In this document: in pieces, positions 1 to 11,719 of the stretch
Numbering within the stretch: the first letter of the stretch is position 1
Layout: each line of letters opens with the position of its first letter
Origin: Naegleria gruberi
Taxonomy: Eukaryota
Assembly: GCA_000004985.1 (NCBI GenBank)
Contig: GG738920.1
DNA length: 64,000 nt
Reading direction: 5' to 3' (one strand)
The notes under the pieces: model-generated
What the model saw: the letters and a program-made list of their open reading frames with translations, nothing else
Databases searched by the model: none
What the model was told of the DNA's origin: nothing
Translations under genes and position numbers: made by a program

Positions 1-577
1 AATTTGGCGGCAAATCGCGTTTGGACATTTTTTTTTGTAAGGATTTTAAAATTGTAAATTCGTACAGAAATTGTGTGAAATTATCATTGTAAAAATTATT
101 GAAATTTGTCAATATTGAAGTTCAAAGTCTCATTTTGTAACTTGACAAACCAACTTGCTAACGACCAAAACCGAAACCATCATGAACAAGACATTTTACT
201 TTTTAAAGCATTTCAAGACTTTACAATACAAAAAATCACAAACCATGAATTCCGTAAACCCTCAAAAAATCAAGTTAATCTCTCATCTTACCAAATACAT
301 CTTTAATTTTCCCTTAATAGACTTTTACATTCCCGATTCGTTCTTCACAAACCAAATCAATAAGGTGAGAGAATGACCTTTTATGGTGTTTGTTGTAGAC
401 ATTCGATTTTTTGCTGGACCAAAAAAACTACAAAAAATTGAAAAAGGCGCCAACACAAACGTGAACAGTCCAAAAACCAACTTGAAAAAAAAACATCGAC
501 ACCAAGAGTCTTTTTTCGCTTGTACAAAAAATTGAAACTCTTCACTTCGTTGTACCATTACCACTTTAAGCTTAAAA

Positions 578-2101
578 ATGGAAGTTGCAGTTTCGTATTC
601 TAATCAACAACAACAACATCTTGGAGGTGTTGTTGATGATCTGCAGCAAGTTGTCCTTTTGGAAGATATTTCTATTGGGTTGACTTGTGGAAATTCATAC
701 AATACTTCTTTGGAGAGTATTGTGATGGAAGCATTCCGAGAATTTTCATCAGAAAGTATTGATAATTATTCGAAAGGAGTTACATTGATTCCTTTGGATT
801 TATTGCTTGGTAAAGAAGAGATCAAGCAAGGAATTCCTATTGTAAAGTGTAAAACTATTTGTAAATATGTAGATAATTTGTGCCATTCCCTTTCAACTAA
901 TTCAATGTGGAGATTTGTGGCTCCTCAAGCTTTGATGGACACAGTTTCGAATAAGATTATTTTCAAGTATTTGAATAGACAATTTTCACTGCTGCACTTG
1001 GCATGTATTTTCAATAGATTGGATCTGTTGGAATGGTTAGAAGCTTTATGTTGCGAGTTGAATATTTGTGATGAGATTAATCATTGCCCATCATGTCATC
1101 AGAGAAGAGAAAATTTGTGGTCAACTGTCAAAGATTCGAATGACGTGTTTCCTTTATTTTATTCGATAGAATTCGGCTCATTGGAATGTTGTGCCTTCCT
1201 GTGCTCTCAACCGATTGTGAGAGATAGCCAATTGAACTTGAAGAGGGATCACTTGGGTAATCTTCCAATTGCTTTAGCTTTACAAAAGAAGGATTATGTA
1301 ATGTGTGATACCTTGAGATTATTTGGCGCCTCGTTTGATGTTACGAATGGGTTATCATTTGGCCTGGGACTTGCTGAGAGTTTGATGCATCAAATTATGA
1401 GAAAGCAAGACTATGAAGGTTTCAGATATCTAGCTACTCATTCGCCTAAAGTTATTCTGAAAAAGAATCAGAGAGGTGAGTCTCCTCTCTTCTCTTGTCT
1501 AAAGGATAAGAGAAATAATTACAAAGATGATTTGGTACAAACAACTGCTAGTTTTGGAAGCGTGGACGGCAAACCAATCTATGTTCCTTCGTATATTCTC
1601 TTCTTTTCCAAAATATTGGAAAGCTCTGTATCTCTATTGGGTGAAGAACTCTTACAAAAGGCTCTCCTCTCTAGAAATAACTTTGGAAGAAATGTCTTAA
1701 TGGAAAGTGTAATCATGCACGACTTTGAAAGTTCCAAATTGTTGTGTAAATTCCTGATGAGAAATTACTTGTCTGAGGGTAATGCAAGATTTTCTGCTGG
1801 TGTTTCAATGAACAAGTACAACTTTTTGAAGGAATTAGTCTTTGATAAGGACATTACTGGAATGACAATCTTCTTTTATGCCTTTAGCACCACAGTGAGA
1901 TATATTTCTCTAACGAACGAGAGTGCAAATCAAACTTATCAAATGTTGACCAAACTGTACAAACATACCTCTGCCTCTAATCAGACACTAAAGGCCTATC
2001 TCAAAGAAAAGTACTCTACCAAGAATTTGGATGTCAAGACTCGTAATTTAGTATCTTCTTCATTCAAATACTGGCAGAAATTGGAAGATTCAACTGAATA
2101 A
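578..2101 (+). CDS. ankyrin-repeat-like protein (paralog A of the gene at 54115..55962)
   Basis: Single uninterrupted 507-aa ORF from a real ATG at 578 to TAA. LHLA/GNLPIALAL-type ankyrin-like motifs are present. Long collinear similarity to the 54115 protein, e.g. KNQRGESPLFSCLKDKRNNY vs RNQRDENCLFSCLKDFRSNQ, and LSRNNFGRNVLMESVIMHDFESSKLLCKFL vs LKNSFGRNILLESVALNDHESMKVICQFL. Confidence 0.6.
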   Translation: MEVAVSYSNQQQQHLGGVVDDLQQVVLLEDISIGLTCGNSYNTSLESIVMEAFREFSSESIDNYSKGVTLIPLDLLLGKEEIKQGIPIVKCKTICKYVDNLCHSLSTNSMWRFVAPQALMDTVSNKIIFKYLNRQFSLLHLACIFNRLDLLEWLEALCCELNICDEINHCPSCHQRRENLWSTVKDSNDVFPLFYSIEFGSLECCAFLCSQPIVRDSQLNLKRDHLGNLPIALALQKKDYVMCDTLRLFGASFDVTNGLSFGLGLAESLMHQIMRKQDYEGFRYLATHSPKVILKKNQRGESPLFSCLKDKRNNYKDDLVQTTASFGSVDGKPIYVPSYILFFSKILESSVSLLGEELLQKALLSRNNFGRNVLMESVIMHDFESSKLLCKFLMRNYLSEGNARFSAGVSMNKYNFLKELVFDKDITGMTIFFYAFSTTVRYISLTNESANQTYQMLTKLYKHTSASNQTLKAYLKEKYSTKNLDVKTRNLVSSSFKYWQKLEDSTE

Positions 2102-2245
2102 ATACTATTCCATAACCTTTTAATCTTACATGTACTATTATTGTTACTCTTTTATAATAATTTTAAATTGTTTTTATTTTATTTAGGATTTAGTGAGCTT
2201 AGTTGTCTAGGTCAATTTACATAGGTTTCTTTCTTCTAACAATAA

Positions 2246-4560
2246 TTATTTGAGAATAACAACTCTAGAATTGGTATAGTCAGCAAGGTACAAGTCACCA
2301 GTCTTTTCATCAAAGAAGGAACCAACAACACGACCGAATTGATCCTTACCCAATGAACCATTGTAACTGGCAGTGAAAACACCAGAATCCAAATTGAAGA
2401 AAGTGATTCTATTGTTACCACCATCACAGACAACAACATTCTTAAGAGTTTCATCAATGGCAATACCACGTGGGTTGATAAATTCCATACTTCCTTGGCC
2501 TTCCTTTCCGTAGACTCTCAAAGATACAAATTCGTGATTATCCTTATCAATACCAATAATGTGCATTCTGTGACTGCCATATTCCGAGACAATGAGATTA
2601 TTATTGATGGACAAGTAGATACCTTCTGGTTGATTGAAGAGAATACCGTCCTTATCATCCTTCTTTGAACCAAAGACCTTGAGTGGTTTACCATCAGAGG
2701 CCTTCAAAACCTTAACACGATGATTTTCACCATCACAAACAAAGACAGTGTTACCACCAGTTTGAGCCAATTCTGGGAACATTTGATTGATCTTTCTAGA
2801 GGTACAAACGATAACACCAGCAGGTTCATTGAACAAGGAAATATCGCTACCCTTCTTCTTACCTGAGGTCCAGATTGGTTCAACCTTTTCCTTTTCGTGA
2901 GCTGTCAACAATTGCTTCAAATTGTACTTGTAGACACAGTGATTGTCACAAGTGTAAATCAAAGCATCATTATTACCTTCAAAGTTTGGTTCAATGGCCA
3001 AATATCTTGGATTCTTTGGTGTCTTGTGAGTAGCCTTGTATTCCTTAGTTTTGAGATCAAAGAATTGAATTCTATTGTTACGACTGTCAGAGACAATGAT
3101 AACTCCACAATTGTGTGAAACTTTAACATCCCATGGACCCTTGAACAAGTCATTATCACTACCTTCCTTACCAGTCTTTCCAATAACACCAGCATGTTCA
3201 AATCTCATAGAATATTGTTTGAATGGAGTTGAAGCTTCGGTGACAGTTGGAGTGCTAGAAGCAGATGTAACAGTGGCAGTTGAAGAGTTGGCAGGTTGTT
3301 CGGAAACTGGAGTAGTGGCAGGTGACTTTGAAACTGGAGTTGGAGCTTTAGTCTTTGGATCAGTTTTGATGATTTCACCCAATTGTGCAATTTCACGTTG
3401 AACATATTTGAGCATGGTTTCAACATTGGTGAGTTGAACATCGTGAACTTCTTCCAAAAGTAAATACTTGAAGAAGGTCTTCAAATCTTCGAAAGATTGA
3501 AGTGTTTGTGGAAGTTTACCTAATTTTCTATCCATCATTTCAAAGCCAGACATTTCAGCCAATTTATCAAATTCAGCAATGTAATCGACGGAAATCTTCT
3601 TTAAATCAATAACTCTATTGGTATAGGTAATTTGTTTTTGACAAATTTCATCAATATCGGCATTCAATTGATCTTGTCTATCTTGTAAAGATTGTCTTAA
3701 ACCATCGAAAATAACTTGAACTTCTTCCTTCAATCTAGTTCTTTCCTTTTCAATCAATGTACTTTCTTCTTCTAATTCATTATCATGGGTTTTATGTGAT
3801 TCTTCCCATTCTTTCAATGAATCTCTCAAATTTTGCAAAACCTTTTCCAAATTGGCACGTTCTTCTGGTTCAATCTTTGAAATCATGTTGACTTCTCCGT
3901 GACCTTCACGATGTTCTTCAATAGCACAAGCAGAACAAACCAATTTCTTACAACTTCCACAGAAAGTGTTGATAGGAATGTGGTGAATTAAACACAATGG
4001 GGCAGGACCTCCAAAAGTACCTGTTGTGTTAATTGTTGAGGCAACCATTGGACTGGCAGTTGTTGATGAGCTGATACTTTGACGTGGAGTTGGTGGCAAA
4101 TGTCCTTCATGATTGTGCAAGTGTTGTCCCAATAGAATACCACTTCCTGAGAGTGATTGTGAGGAGGCTCCAATAAAATCGATCACTTGATGGGAAGGTT
4201 CTTTCTTTCTGTGGATAGCAGCATCACGAGCACACAAGAAAAGATTACAGTCTGTGTGTAAAATAGATGAAATTTTAACACATCACACAATGATTGACAT
4301 TTCGACCCATCATCATTGACGTTCAACAATAGCCATTGAAAATCAGCAAAAAATAGAAAATATCGTTAAAATCTTGTACAAATAAATTACTACGTACCAA
4401 TACATTGACTTTTTGCTTCTTGGAAAACATCAACTTCTTCCTTACAGACAAAGCAACATGGTGGAGCTACTTGTTGAGCAGAAAGTGAAGAAATAGACGA
4501 GCTTGAATCAGAGTGGGAAAGTGTGGAAATAGCAACTGGTGGAATGGTGGTTTCACTCAT
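2246..4560 (-). CDS. RING-less TRIM-like protein: B-box1 + B-box2 + coiled coil + about 6 NHL repeats (Brat/TRIM-NHL-like), 2 exons
   Basis: Exon 1 is about 4398..4560, with ATG (MSETTIPP...) at 4558-4560. It carries CCFVCKEEVDVFQEAKSQCI, then a GTACGT...CACAG intron at about 4252..4397 (146 nt, phase 1). Exon 2 is 2246..4251 and continues DCNLFLCARDAAIHRKKEPSH, which completes a B-box1 CxxC..CxxC..C..H..H pattern. A second B-box (CGSCKKLVCSACAIEEHREGHGEV) follows, then a heptad-rich coiled coil, then NHL blades (GKEGQGSMEFINPRGIAID..., NHRVKVL, NNRIQFFD). No C3HC4 RING is found upstream. Confidence 0.65.
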
Positions 4561-5221
4561 TTTTTTAAAGTGGTTTTTTAACGGTTGATGTGTGGCATGT
4601 GAAGAGACATTAAGTCTGACGGGGTTCAGAGAATCATCTTCCGCAATCAGAGTGAATGGTTCGATGTAGCTGACCTTGTGGGAAGGTGAATCGTACGCTT
4701 GATGACAAGTGTAAATTTTTGGTATGATGTTTGACGCTTTCAAAATGATTAGGTAAGGGGACAGTCCTTAATATTCTTTTGACCGTTTTTTTTCTAACAA
4801 TGCAACTACAGTTACCTCTTTGGAATTGATTCAGCATATTAGCATCGCCCAACAAAAGCAATTAGGACTTCATATAAAGAAATATTTTGGTGGCTACATT
4901 GTTTTGAAAAATTATATCAAGATAACTATCTTTCATGATCTTTCCGAGGTGTTGATTTACATGTACTTTGCTAATATATAATATTTAATTATGAATTTTA
5001 ATGATAAATATTTAAATATTATTAATGGTGAAGCCTTTGTTGCTTTATATTGGCCTTAAAAAAAATTCTCAAAACCCAAGAAGTGATTTCCCGCTATTTT
5101 TTTTTACGAACTGTACATGACTTGAGTTTGATAATGTAACCCAGCATAGATTGTTTATCGATGAATGTTTCATTGTTGAAGCAACTATTACAAACTTTAC
5201 AAAGTGAATGAACACAAAAAA

Positions 5222-6265
5222 ATGCAAACAGCACAGCCTTCATCATATCATCTCGATGGAATTAATAATTGTTCAAACAGCTACCTATTCATTAAAGGCT
5301 GTGAAATGCCCTTTTCCGATGGTTGGATAAATATTGATGTTGGATTATCATCACTCCGATTATTTGAATTCAAATCAGAGGAAATATTTGGAAAAATTAA
5401 AAGAATTGGTATTAAAAAGATTGTATGTGGAGATTATCATGCCATCTTTTTATTAAATGATGGAACTGCTTTTGGGTATGGGCAACGAACAGAGGGACAA
5501 TTGATGGTTGATAGAAATTCGAAACAACATGTTGTTGAAATACCACTTTCCAATATTGAGGATGTTTATTGTGGAAGCAGTTTTACATATTGTTTGATTA
5601 GAAAATCAAAATGTGAGTTCAAAATGGTTTCTTTTGGGCAAAATATAAACGAATGTTGCTCACAAAGAAAGGAGGAGGGAGATAGGGATGTAATTCATTG
5701 TAATCTAGGAGATGTTTATTATTGGAATGATGGATACAGTCAACCAATGGAATTTCCTCCTCCAAATGAAATTGTTCTTGATGTGAAATGTGGAGCCGGG
5801 AAAGTTGCCATTCTCACAAAACACTACAAGGATAATCAGAGATTTCTATATTCGATTGGGATTTATGAAAAGAATTTTGGAATTCTACGAAACAAGTATC
5901 TCAGTAGAAGAATACTCTGGAGAACCTACGACAATACGGAATATTTAACGTTGTTCCAGAATTACATAGTATTCCACATGAAGGAGGGACTAAACTATAG
6001 TGATGAAGATATTGAAGAGTATTCCAATAGAATGTTTTCGGAAAGATTCCAGTTGGATTATTTTGGGAAATTATTTGAACTCCCGATATATTCATCTCCA
6101 CCAAGATACCAAATATTGCCAAACGTGAAAATAGAAAAGATTGTAAGTGATTTGGCAGCTTTATCCGCAGAAGGTGATGTTTATGATTTAATGAGCAAGA
6201 GAAAGATTGAGTTTCATGAATTACTTACTGATTTAGATCAGAAAACATTTAAAATGGATAAGTAA
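5222..6265 (+). CDS. RCC1-like repeat protein (hypothetical)
   Basis: The tool ORF starts on GTG at 5204; the first in-frame ATG is 5222 (MQTAQPSS). KKIVCGDYHAIFLLNDGTAFGYGQRTEGQL resembles an RCC1 blade (G.H...L...G.V...G.N..GQLG). It ends in TAA. Family assignment is tentative. Confidence 0.45.
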   Translation: MQTAQPSSYHLDGINNCSNSYLFIKGCEMPFSDGWINIDVGLSSLRLFEFKSEEIFGKIKRIGIKKIVCGDYHAIFLLNDGTAFGYGQRTEGQLMVDRNSKQHVVEIPLSNIEDVYCGSSFTYCLIRKSKCEFKMVSFGQNINECCSQRKEEGDRDVIHCNLGDVYYWNDGYSQPMEFPPPNEIVLDVKCGAGKVAILTKHYKDNQRFLYSIGIYEKNFGILRNKYLSRRILWRTYDNTEYLTLFQNYIVFHMKEGLNYSDEDIEEYSNRMFSERFQLDYFGKLFELPIYSSPPRYQILPNVKIEKIVSDLAALSAEGDVYDLMSKRKIEFHELLTDLDQKTFKMDK

Positions 6266-6966
6266 AGTTTCAATGTAGATATTTCAAGCAATGGAAAGGT
6301 ATTATTTATTCTCGTGAAGAGAGGGTTGTACAGAACAAAAGAGGTTATCAGATTTTGGGAATTAATTAGAAAGGAATCATTTCATGATATATTGTTCAAA
6401 CATAATGATGAAATATCTCAAACTGAATATCCTAAACCTTCAGTTGAAAAAGCACTCCAAAACGAATAGTTCTCAATCGAGTGTAGGATCTATTGGAAAT
6501 TTCTTTTCGAATTCCAAACAAAAAGATTTAGGATATCAGTAAGGTGTGGAGATAACTCAACAACTGCTTAGGTCTTATTTTGATGTGGCCTCAAATAAGC
6601 TTTGTTACATAGCAGGTCAATGCCGAATATGCAGATATTATCAAAAAGGAAGTAGGATGCATTGTTTGATTTGATATTCAATCACTATACATCAATTATT
6701 GAGCTGTATTTTACAATTGCTTATCTCTTCATATTTGTATTGTGCCAGGCAAACTTACAACAAGTTGATGCCGGTTGACTTGCTAACATTTTGTTATCAA
6801 ACCCCATCACATAGTCTCGTTATATACAATCAAAGATTGACGAGAATTATACAAAGAAAGTGATTTCCCGTATGAACTTTTCAATGGCAGATGACATTAT
6901 TGTTAGATAATTACAGTTTCATCTCCAAGGAGGATATCAAAAACTAAAAAACAAACTAAAGATACC

Positions 6967-9393
6967 ATGAAGATAGTACCAGAAGAAAGTATCAACGAGA
7001 ATGAAGAAGAAGTTGAATTGCTTCTTCCTTCTCAAAAGAAAGGCATTTTGAAAGGAATTATGCCACTCAACCTGTTCATTGTCTTTACAATATCCATTTT
7101 AATTTTGAGTGGCAGTTTATTGTTGTGGGGAGCTTCCTATGCATTAACCAAACAAGCAATTACAGAACTTTCCAATAGTTTAATCAGAGTTTCAGGTGAG
7201 AAAATTGTTGGTTTTTTGGATGGAATGCTAAAACCCGTGTCTATGGAAACTAGATCAATGGCCAGAGAATACATGCTCTCTACTCTAGATTTTAATATTA
7301 ATCAGCAACGTGGCTATCTGTATCCAAAGGTTTTGGACTTTGGCAACAATGGAGTTGGTTACTTTTTTGAAAAACCTTACAATGCCAGATATACCTATAC
7401 TTATCCAGTTGGGTCTGCATTCATGAATTATGTCTATCAAGCATTTGGAAGTCCACTGTCAATCACTGACAGAATTAATATCACAACAGCATATCCTGTC
7501 AAGTTGAATTATACAGTCAGCTCAACTCCTTATATTAACAATATTCAACCTTTTTATAACTATACAGTTGAGAGGACTAAAACTTTGGGAGTTGATGGAG
7601 TTTTTGGTGATCCATATGTTACAGGAGGTAAGTATCAACACAATTGATGAAATCAAACTCAATTGTTGACAGGTGTCATGACAATTTATTATTCTCATTT
7701 ACTCTTTAACCCAACACTTTATCAAAAGAATAGAACGAGAGACATGGTGGGTGTTGCAAAAATCAATCTTTCCCTCAAAGCTGTTGCTAATTACCTTTCC
7801 ACAATTAGACTTTTAGGAAGTGGCTATGTTGTGTTGGGAGACAACTCTGGAACCTATCTAGGAGCAAGTTTATTTGTCAATTCTACTACCAATACCATCT
7901 TTGATTTGACAGATCGAAATGCTGGTTTATTACTGAGACAATTCTTTAATATGAATGGAAATTCAACTAATTTTGATAATTCCACTTCCTTCATAATGGT
8001 TGGAGAGCTTGATGAAATTTCTTACATTATTACACCACTCAAGTATAGATTAGAGAATGTGGATTGGAATATTTTCTTTATATTGTACGAACAGGAAGTG
8101 ACAGCTACTTTAATGTTGACAACTTATATTTCGATTGGTGTGACAGCTGGTGTTGTGATTATTGGTTTATTGTCAAGTTTGTTTATAGGGTTGGTTGTTT
8201 CTAGACCTATGAAATTCTTGGAGAAGCAATTCAAGCTTATTAAGGTCTTTGATTTGGATAATGTTGTTTCGAATAAGTCAGTTTTCAGAGAAGTCAACTC
8301 AATTTTCAATAATCTGGACGAAACCATTGATTGGTTGAAGGAAATCAAATCGTTCGTTCCTCCATATATCCTTGAACAAATCCAAAACAGTGAACAAGTT
8401 CAAAAATCAAATACCCAGGAAACAGTTGGAGAAACCAACCGAAAGTCAGTCACTTCATTCCATTCCCAACCTCATTCCAAAGGTGAATCTGGAGCTAGTT
8501 TCCACACAGTTGCTCAATCTTCTTACAAGAATTCAAAGTCACTTTTCAAAATGGGATTAATTGAAAATCCTTCAGCTATCATTACTATTAGAACTGAAGC
8601 TGACAGTCCACATATTTTGGAAGAAGCTTTCAAAGAATTGGTGGTTGCTTTGGGACCTGTCGTGAAGGTTTCTCAAGGAAATTTGCAAATTATTTCATAT
8701 AATCATTTCCAATTGTCATTCACTGCCAATCAACTAGATTCTAAATTGGCTGAAAAAGCTTTTGAAACAGCACTCAAAATTTTCAAAGCTTCTCGATCCA
8801 TTAAGAATCCGATTGATGTAAGAATGGGTGTCTGTGTCAACAAGAGCCACTCTGGAAATTTAGGAACAAATACTTCAAGACATTACATGGTGGTGGGTAA
8901 AGCAGTTGAGCTCTCGGACAAATACTGTGAGTTAGCTTCATTGATGAAGGTGAACATAATTTCAGATTTAGCATCCTTCCAAAAATCAGAGAAATTCATT
9001 GCTAGACCTTTGGACAGGATTGGTTTTGATATGGAAAAAGTTATTGTCTGGGAAGTAATTGATAAGAAAAATGAAGAGAATGATGAATGGTTGTATGAAT
9101 TGGAACGCTCAAAGGAGAATAACAAGTTTAAGGAATACTCCAAAGTATTCGAAATGTTGGAAGAAAAGTTCTGGGAGGTAAATAGAGAAACTGATGATGT
9201 AATTGGAGAATTAGGTAAATCCATTTCAGTTCTGGAAAATTGGTTGAATTCTAATAACAAGGATTCAGGCACAGTTGAGAAATTGTTAAACCATCTCAGA
9301 AAAGTCATGAACAATTCATATGATAATATTTCTCAATTGAAAGATTTTGTTATGAGCTATTCGACAGCTTTTGTCTCTAAGAAATTAATGTAA
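6967..9393 (+). CDS. single-pass receptor-like membrane protein: glycosylated ectodomain + HAMP-like linker + degenerate class III nucleotidyl-cyclase homology domain (2 exons, about 800 aa)
   Basis: ORFs 6967..7647 and 7663..9393 are in the same frame and are joined by a 45-nt GTAAGT...GACAG intron at about 7628..7672. That intron contains an in-frame TGA, so it must be spliced out. The N-terminal signal anchor is LNLFIVFTISILILSGSLLLW. The ectodomain of about 330 aa has many NxS/T sites. A second TM follows (LMLTTYISIGVTAGVVIIGLLSSLFIGLVV), then RPMKFLEKQFKLIKVFDLD, which is HAMP-like. The C-terminal domain carries cyclase-fold hallmarks (RMGVCVNKSHSGNLG...RHYMVVGKAVELSDKY...KVNIIS) but lacks the Asn/Arg catalytic pair and a clear metal-binding Asp. 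Confidence 0.55.
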
Positions 9394-9601
9394 AAATAGT
9401 ATTTAATAATTATGATGAATTGTTTTATTCTGTTTCGAGTGCAACAATTCTCATCTAAACAGGTAAGCTTCAACAAAATGGTGATCAACATTTTCGCATG
9501 GTAAACGCTGTTCTCAGAAAGAGAGAATCTGTCAACATGATTGTGTTATTGGTATAAGGAGCTTAGATCGTCCAGAACTCTTCTCAAAAGAGATTTAAAC
9601 C

Positions 9602-10339
9602 TTAGTGAACTCCAAAAATTCCTCTGACAAACATTCTGTTAATAACCATTGGTTCATTCTCCTCTTCATTCTCTTCAACCTCAACTGGAGGAGTTGGTTT
9701 CAACAGCTTTTTCTTTTCTAGTTTTCGTTCCTTTCTTTGTGCGTGATAGAGATGTTTGTGAATGGCATCAGAATTGTTAACAACCAACGGAACACTCTCC
9801 ATCATGAATTCTTCGTGAACTGGTGGATCACTCCTTATTGAAGGAGCTTCCATTGAGGCATAATGTTTCCTCAGAGAAGTATAATCCACACTCTGAGCAA
9901 CCATTCGCTTCTTCTTTTTAAGCTTTTCTTCCATTCTTTCATAGATTGCTCTGTCAGTGAGTGGAGGTTGAACATTTGGTGGAAGAACTTGCTGCTGTTG
10001 CTGTACTATATCTTCTTCTTCCTTAATGTTATAGATATTTAAATAGGGCACTATTCTTCTTCGATGATGAATATCGGGTAAGACCATTCTCGATTCTTGT
10101 TGATTGTCTAAGATTGAAGGTGCTTTGGTTGCCTCATTATTATTACGATGATGGCGATGATGATGCTTTCTATGATGCTTCTTATGATTTGTTAAGGCCT
10201 TTTGCTGAGGATGATTCCCAGTAGGAGTAGGAACAATATATCTTCTTATTCCTTGATGACATGTTGTTGAGGGAGTACTAGAGTGAAGTTGTTGTTCTTG
10301 TTTGTTAGTAACACTACTCGAAACGGCCATGTCTTTCAT
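9602..10339 (-). CDS. hypothetical low-complexity protein (poly-His/Arg and poly-Gln tracts, Lys/Glu-rich C-terminus)
   Basis: 245-aa ORF with a real ATG at 10337-10339 and a TAA stop. It contains HHRKHHHRHHRNNNE and QQQQQ runs. I recognise no domain. Confidence 0.4.
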   Translation of the reverse strand: MKDMAVSSSVTNKQEQQLHSSTPSTTCHQGIRRYIVPTPTGNHPQQKALTNHKKHHRKHHHRHHRNNNEATKAPSILDNQQESRMVLPDIHHRRRIVPYLNIYNIKEEEDIVQQQQQVLPPNVQPPLTDRAIYERMEEKLKKKKRMVAQSVDYTSLRKHYASMEAPSIRSDPPVHEEFMMESVPLVVNNSDAIHKHLYHAQRKERKLEKKKLLKPTPPVEVEENEEENEPMVINRMFVRGIFGVH

Positions 10340-10906
10340 TCAAAATTTATCAATTTCTCTCTTCTAAATATTATAATGCCTCTTGATGTGTTTGTTGTTA
10401 ATTGAGGGCGATGGTTTTCTTCAAAATCAAACGTTCAGTTTTGCTTTGGTGTTGGCTGGCGAGTTTTACTTCTTTTTTTTTGTTGTTTTAATTTGCTTAA
10501 TAGAACCAAAAGGAGAGGACTTTTTCCTCATTGGTCGTTGTGGCAGTTATTAAGATTTCAAACCACCTGCAGGAAAAGACCTTTTATCTCCAAGCATCTT
10601 TTTCATTAAGGATTCTCGCAGTGTTTGTTGGTGACTGTTCACGAATCCATTAAATTGCAACTTTTGGAAAGGTCCAAACTTTTTCTAATTATATTTATTA
10701 ATTGTTCTTTCTTCATCATCGTGGGATTGTTGACAGTAGTGAATGCTCATTCACTCACAAAATTGAAAACTAATCCATCTAAAAATCATATTGTTCATCT
10801 AATGTACATTGTCTACAGAAAATTTCACATGTCTGAAGGTACTTCTTTCATCTTCGAATACTTCATAATATTTTCTAATATTTCGAATATCTTCGGTGAA
10901 AATCAA

Positions 10907-11719
10907 TTAACTTTGATCAATTTTGAAATCAAACAAGTTAATTCTCAAAAAGACATATAGAAATATTGAAAATCCTGCCATGAAAATCATCACCCCTCCA
11001 AAGGTCAATACAACAAACACTGAAAACATTGAAATCAAAAGGGATGAGAATGATCCCTCTCCAAAATATGAAATTCTAATGCTTCCATTTGAATCCTTTC
11101 CTCCTTTCCAACATGAATCCATATCATTGTGAATGTCTACGGTAAAAAGGCCTTTCTCTCTTAAAATGACACATGCCAAATTGTCATTTCCTTCCTTTTT
11201 CAAATTTGAGGTCACATAGCAGACATGTCTCGAAGTCAAACTGTCGTCACCATTCACCCGATCGATATTTTTGCATTCAGACAAGATCAACCTCTCATAA
11301 CCATTCATCATGGGCACAAATGATGAAATCACAATCGAATCCGATCCACCATCATTTTCCTTCCTCTCGTGCTCTGAATCTGAATGACTACCACTCTGAT
11401 ATCTCACAAATGTATTATAAATCGAACGATCCAACACATGTGCTGATAAATCACCTCTCTCAATAATTTTCTTCTTGAATTGTGAGGACGGAAGTGAATT
11501 TAATCTCGACTTGATCTCTCTGCTCTCATCAACTGTTGATTGTTTTACCGAAAAAGCAGCAGAAGGAATGTTTCCATTCAAAAGATTAGCTCTCCTACTC
11601 CAACTGTCAAGAACATGTCGTGGTAAAAGGGAGCCAGTGGTGATGGTAGAGTAGAAGGCATAGAAACCAACACAGAATAACAAAATGATTATCATAATTA
11701 TTGATACTGTTCCTCTCAT
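10907..11719 (-). CDS. hypothetical membrane protein (N-terminal signal anchor, C-terminal TM)
   Basis: The first in-frame ATG is at 11717-11719, giving MRGTVSIIMIIILLFCVGFYAF. The C-terminal hydrophobic stretch is SLLISMFSVFVVLTFGGVMIFMAGFSIFLYVF. It ends in TAA and no domain is recognised. Confidence 0.35.
   Translation of the reverse strand: MRGTVSIIMIIILLFCVGFYAFYSTITTGSLLPRHVLDSWSRRANLLNGNIPSAAFSVKQSTVDESREIKSRLNSLPSSQFKKKIIERGDLSAHVLDRSIYNTFVRYQSGSHSDSEHERKENDGGSDSIVISSFVPMMNGYERLILSECKNIDRVNGDDSLTSRHVCYVTSNLKKEGNDNLACVILREKGLFTVDIHNDMDSCWKGGKDSNGSIRISYFGEGSFSSLLISMFSVFVVLTFGGVMIFMAGFSIFLYVFLRINLFDFKIDQS

Noticed and set aside
6266-6966. Possible extra 3' exons of the RCC1-like gene (GTAAAG after the stop; scattered short ORFs)
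   Set aside because: The donor is weak and there is no convincing in-frame continuation. I left it as 3' UTR or intergenic.
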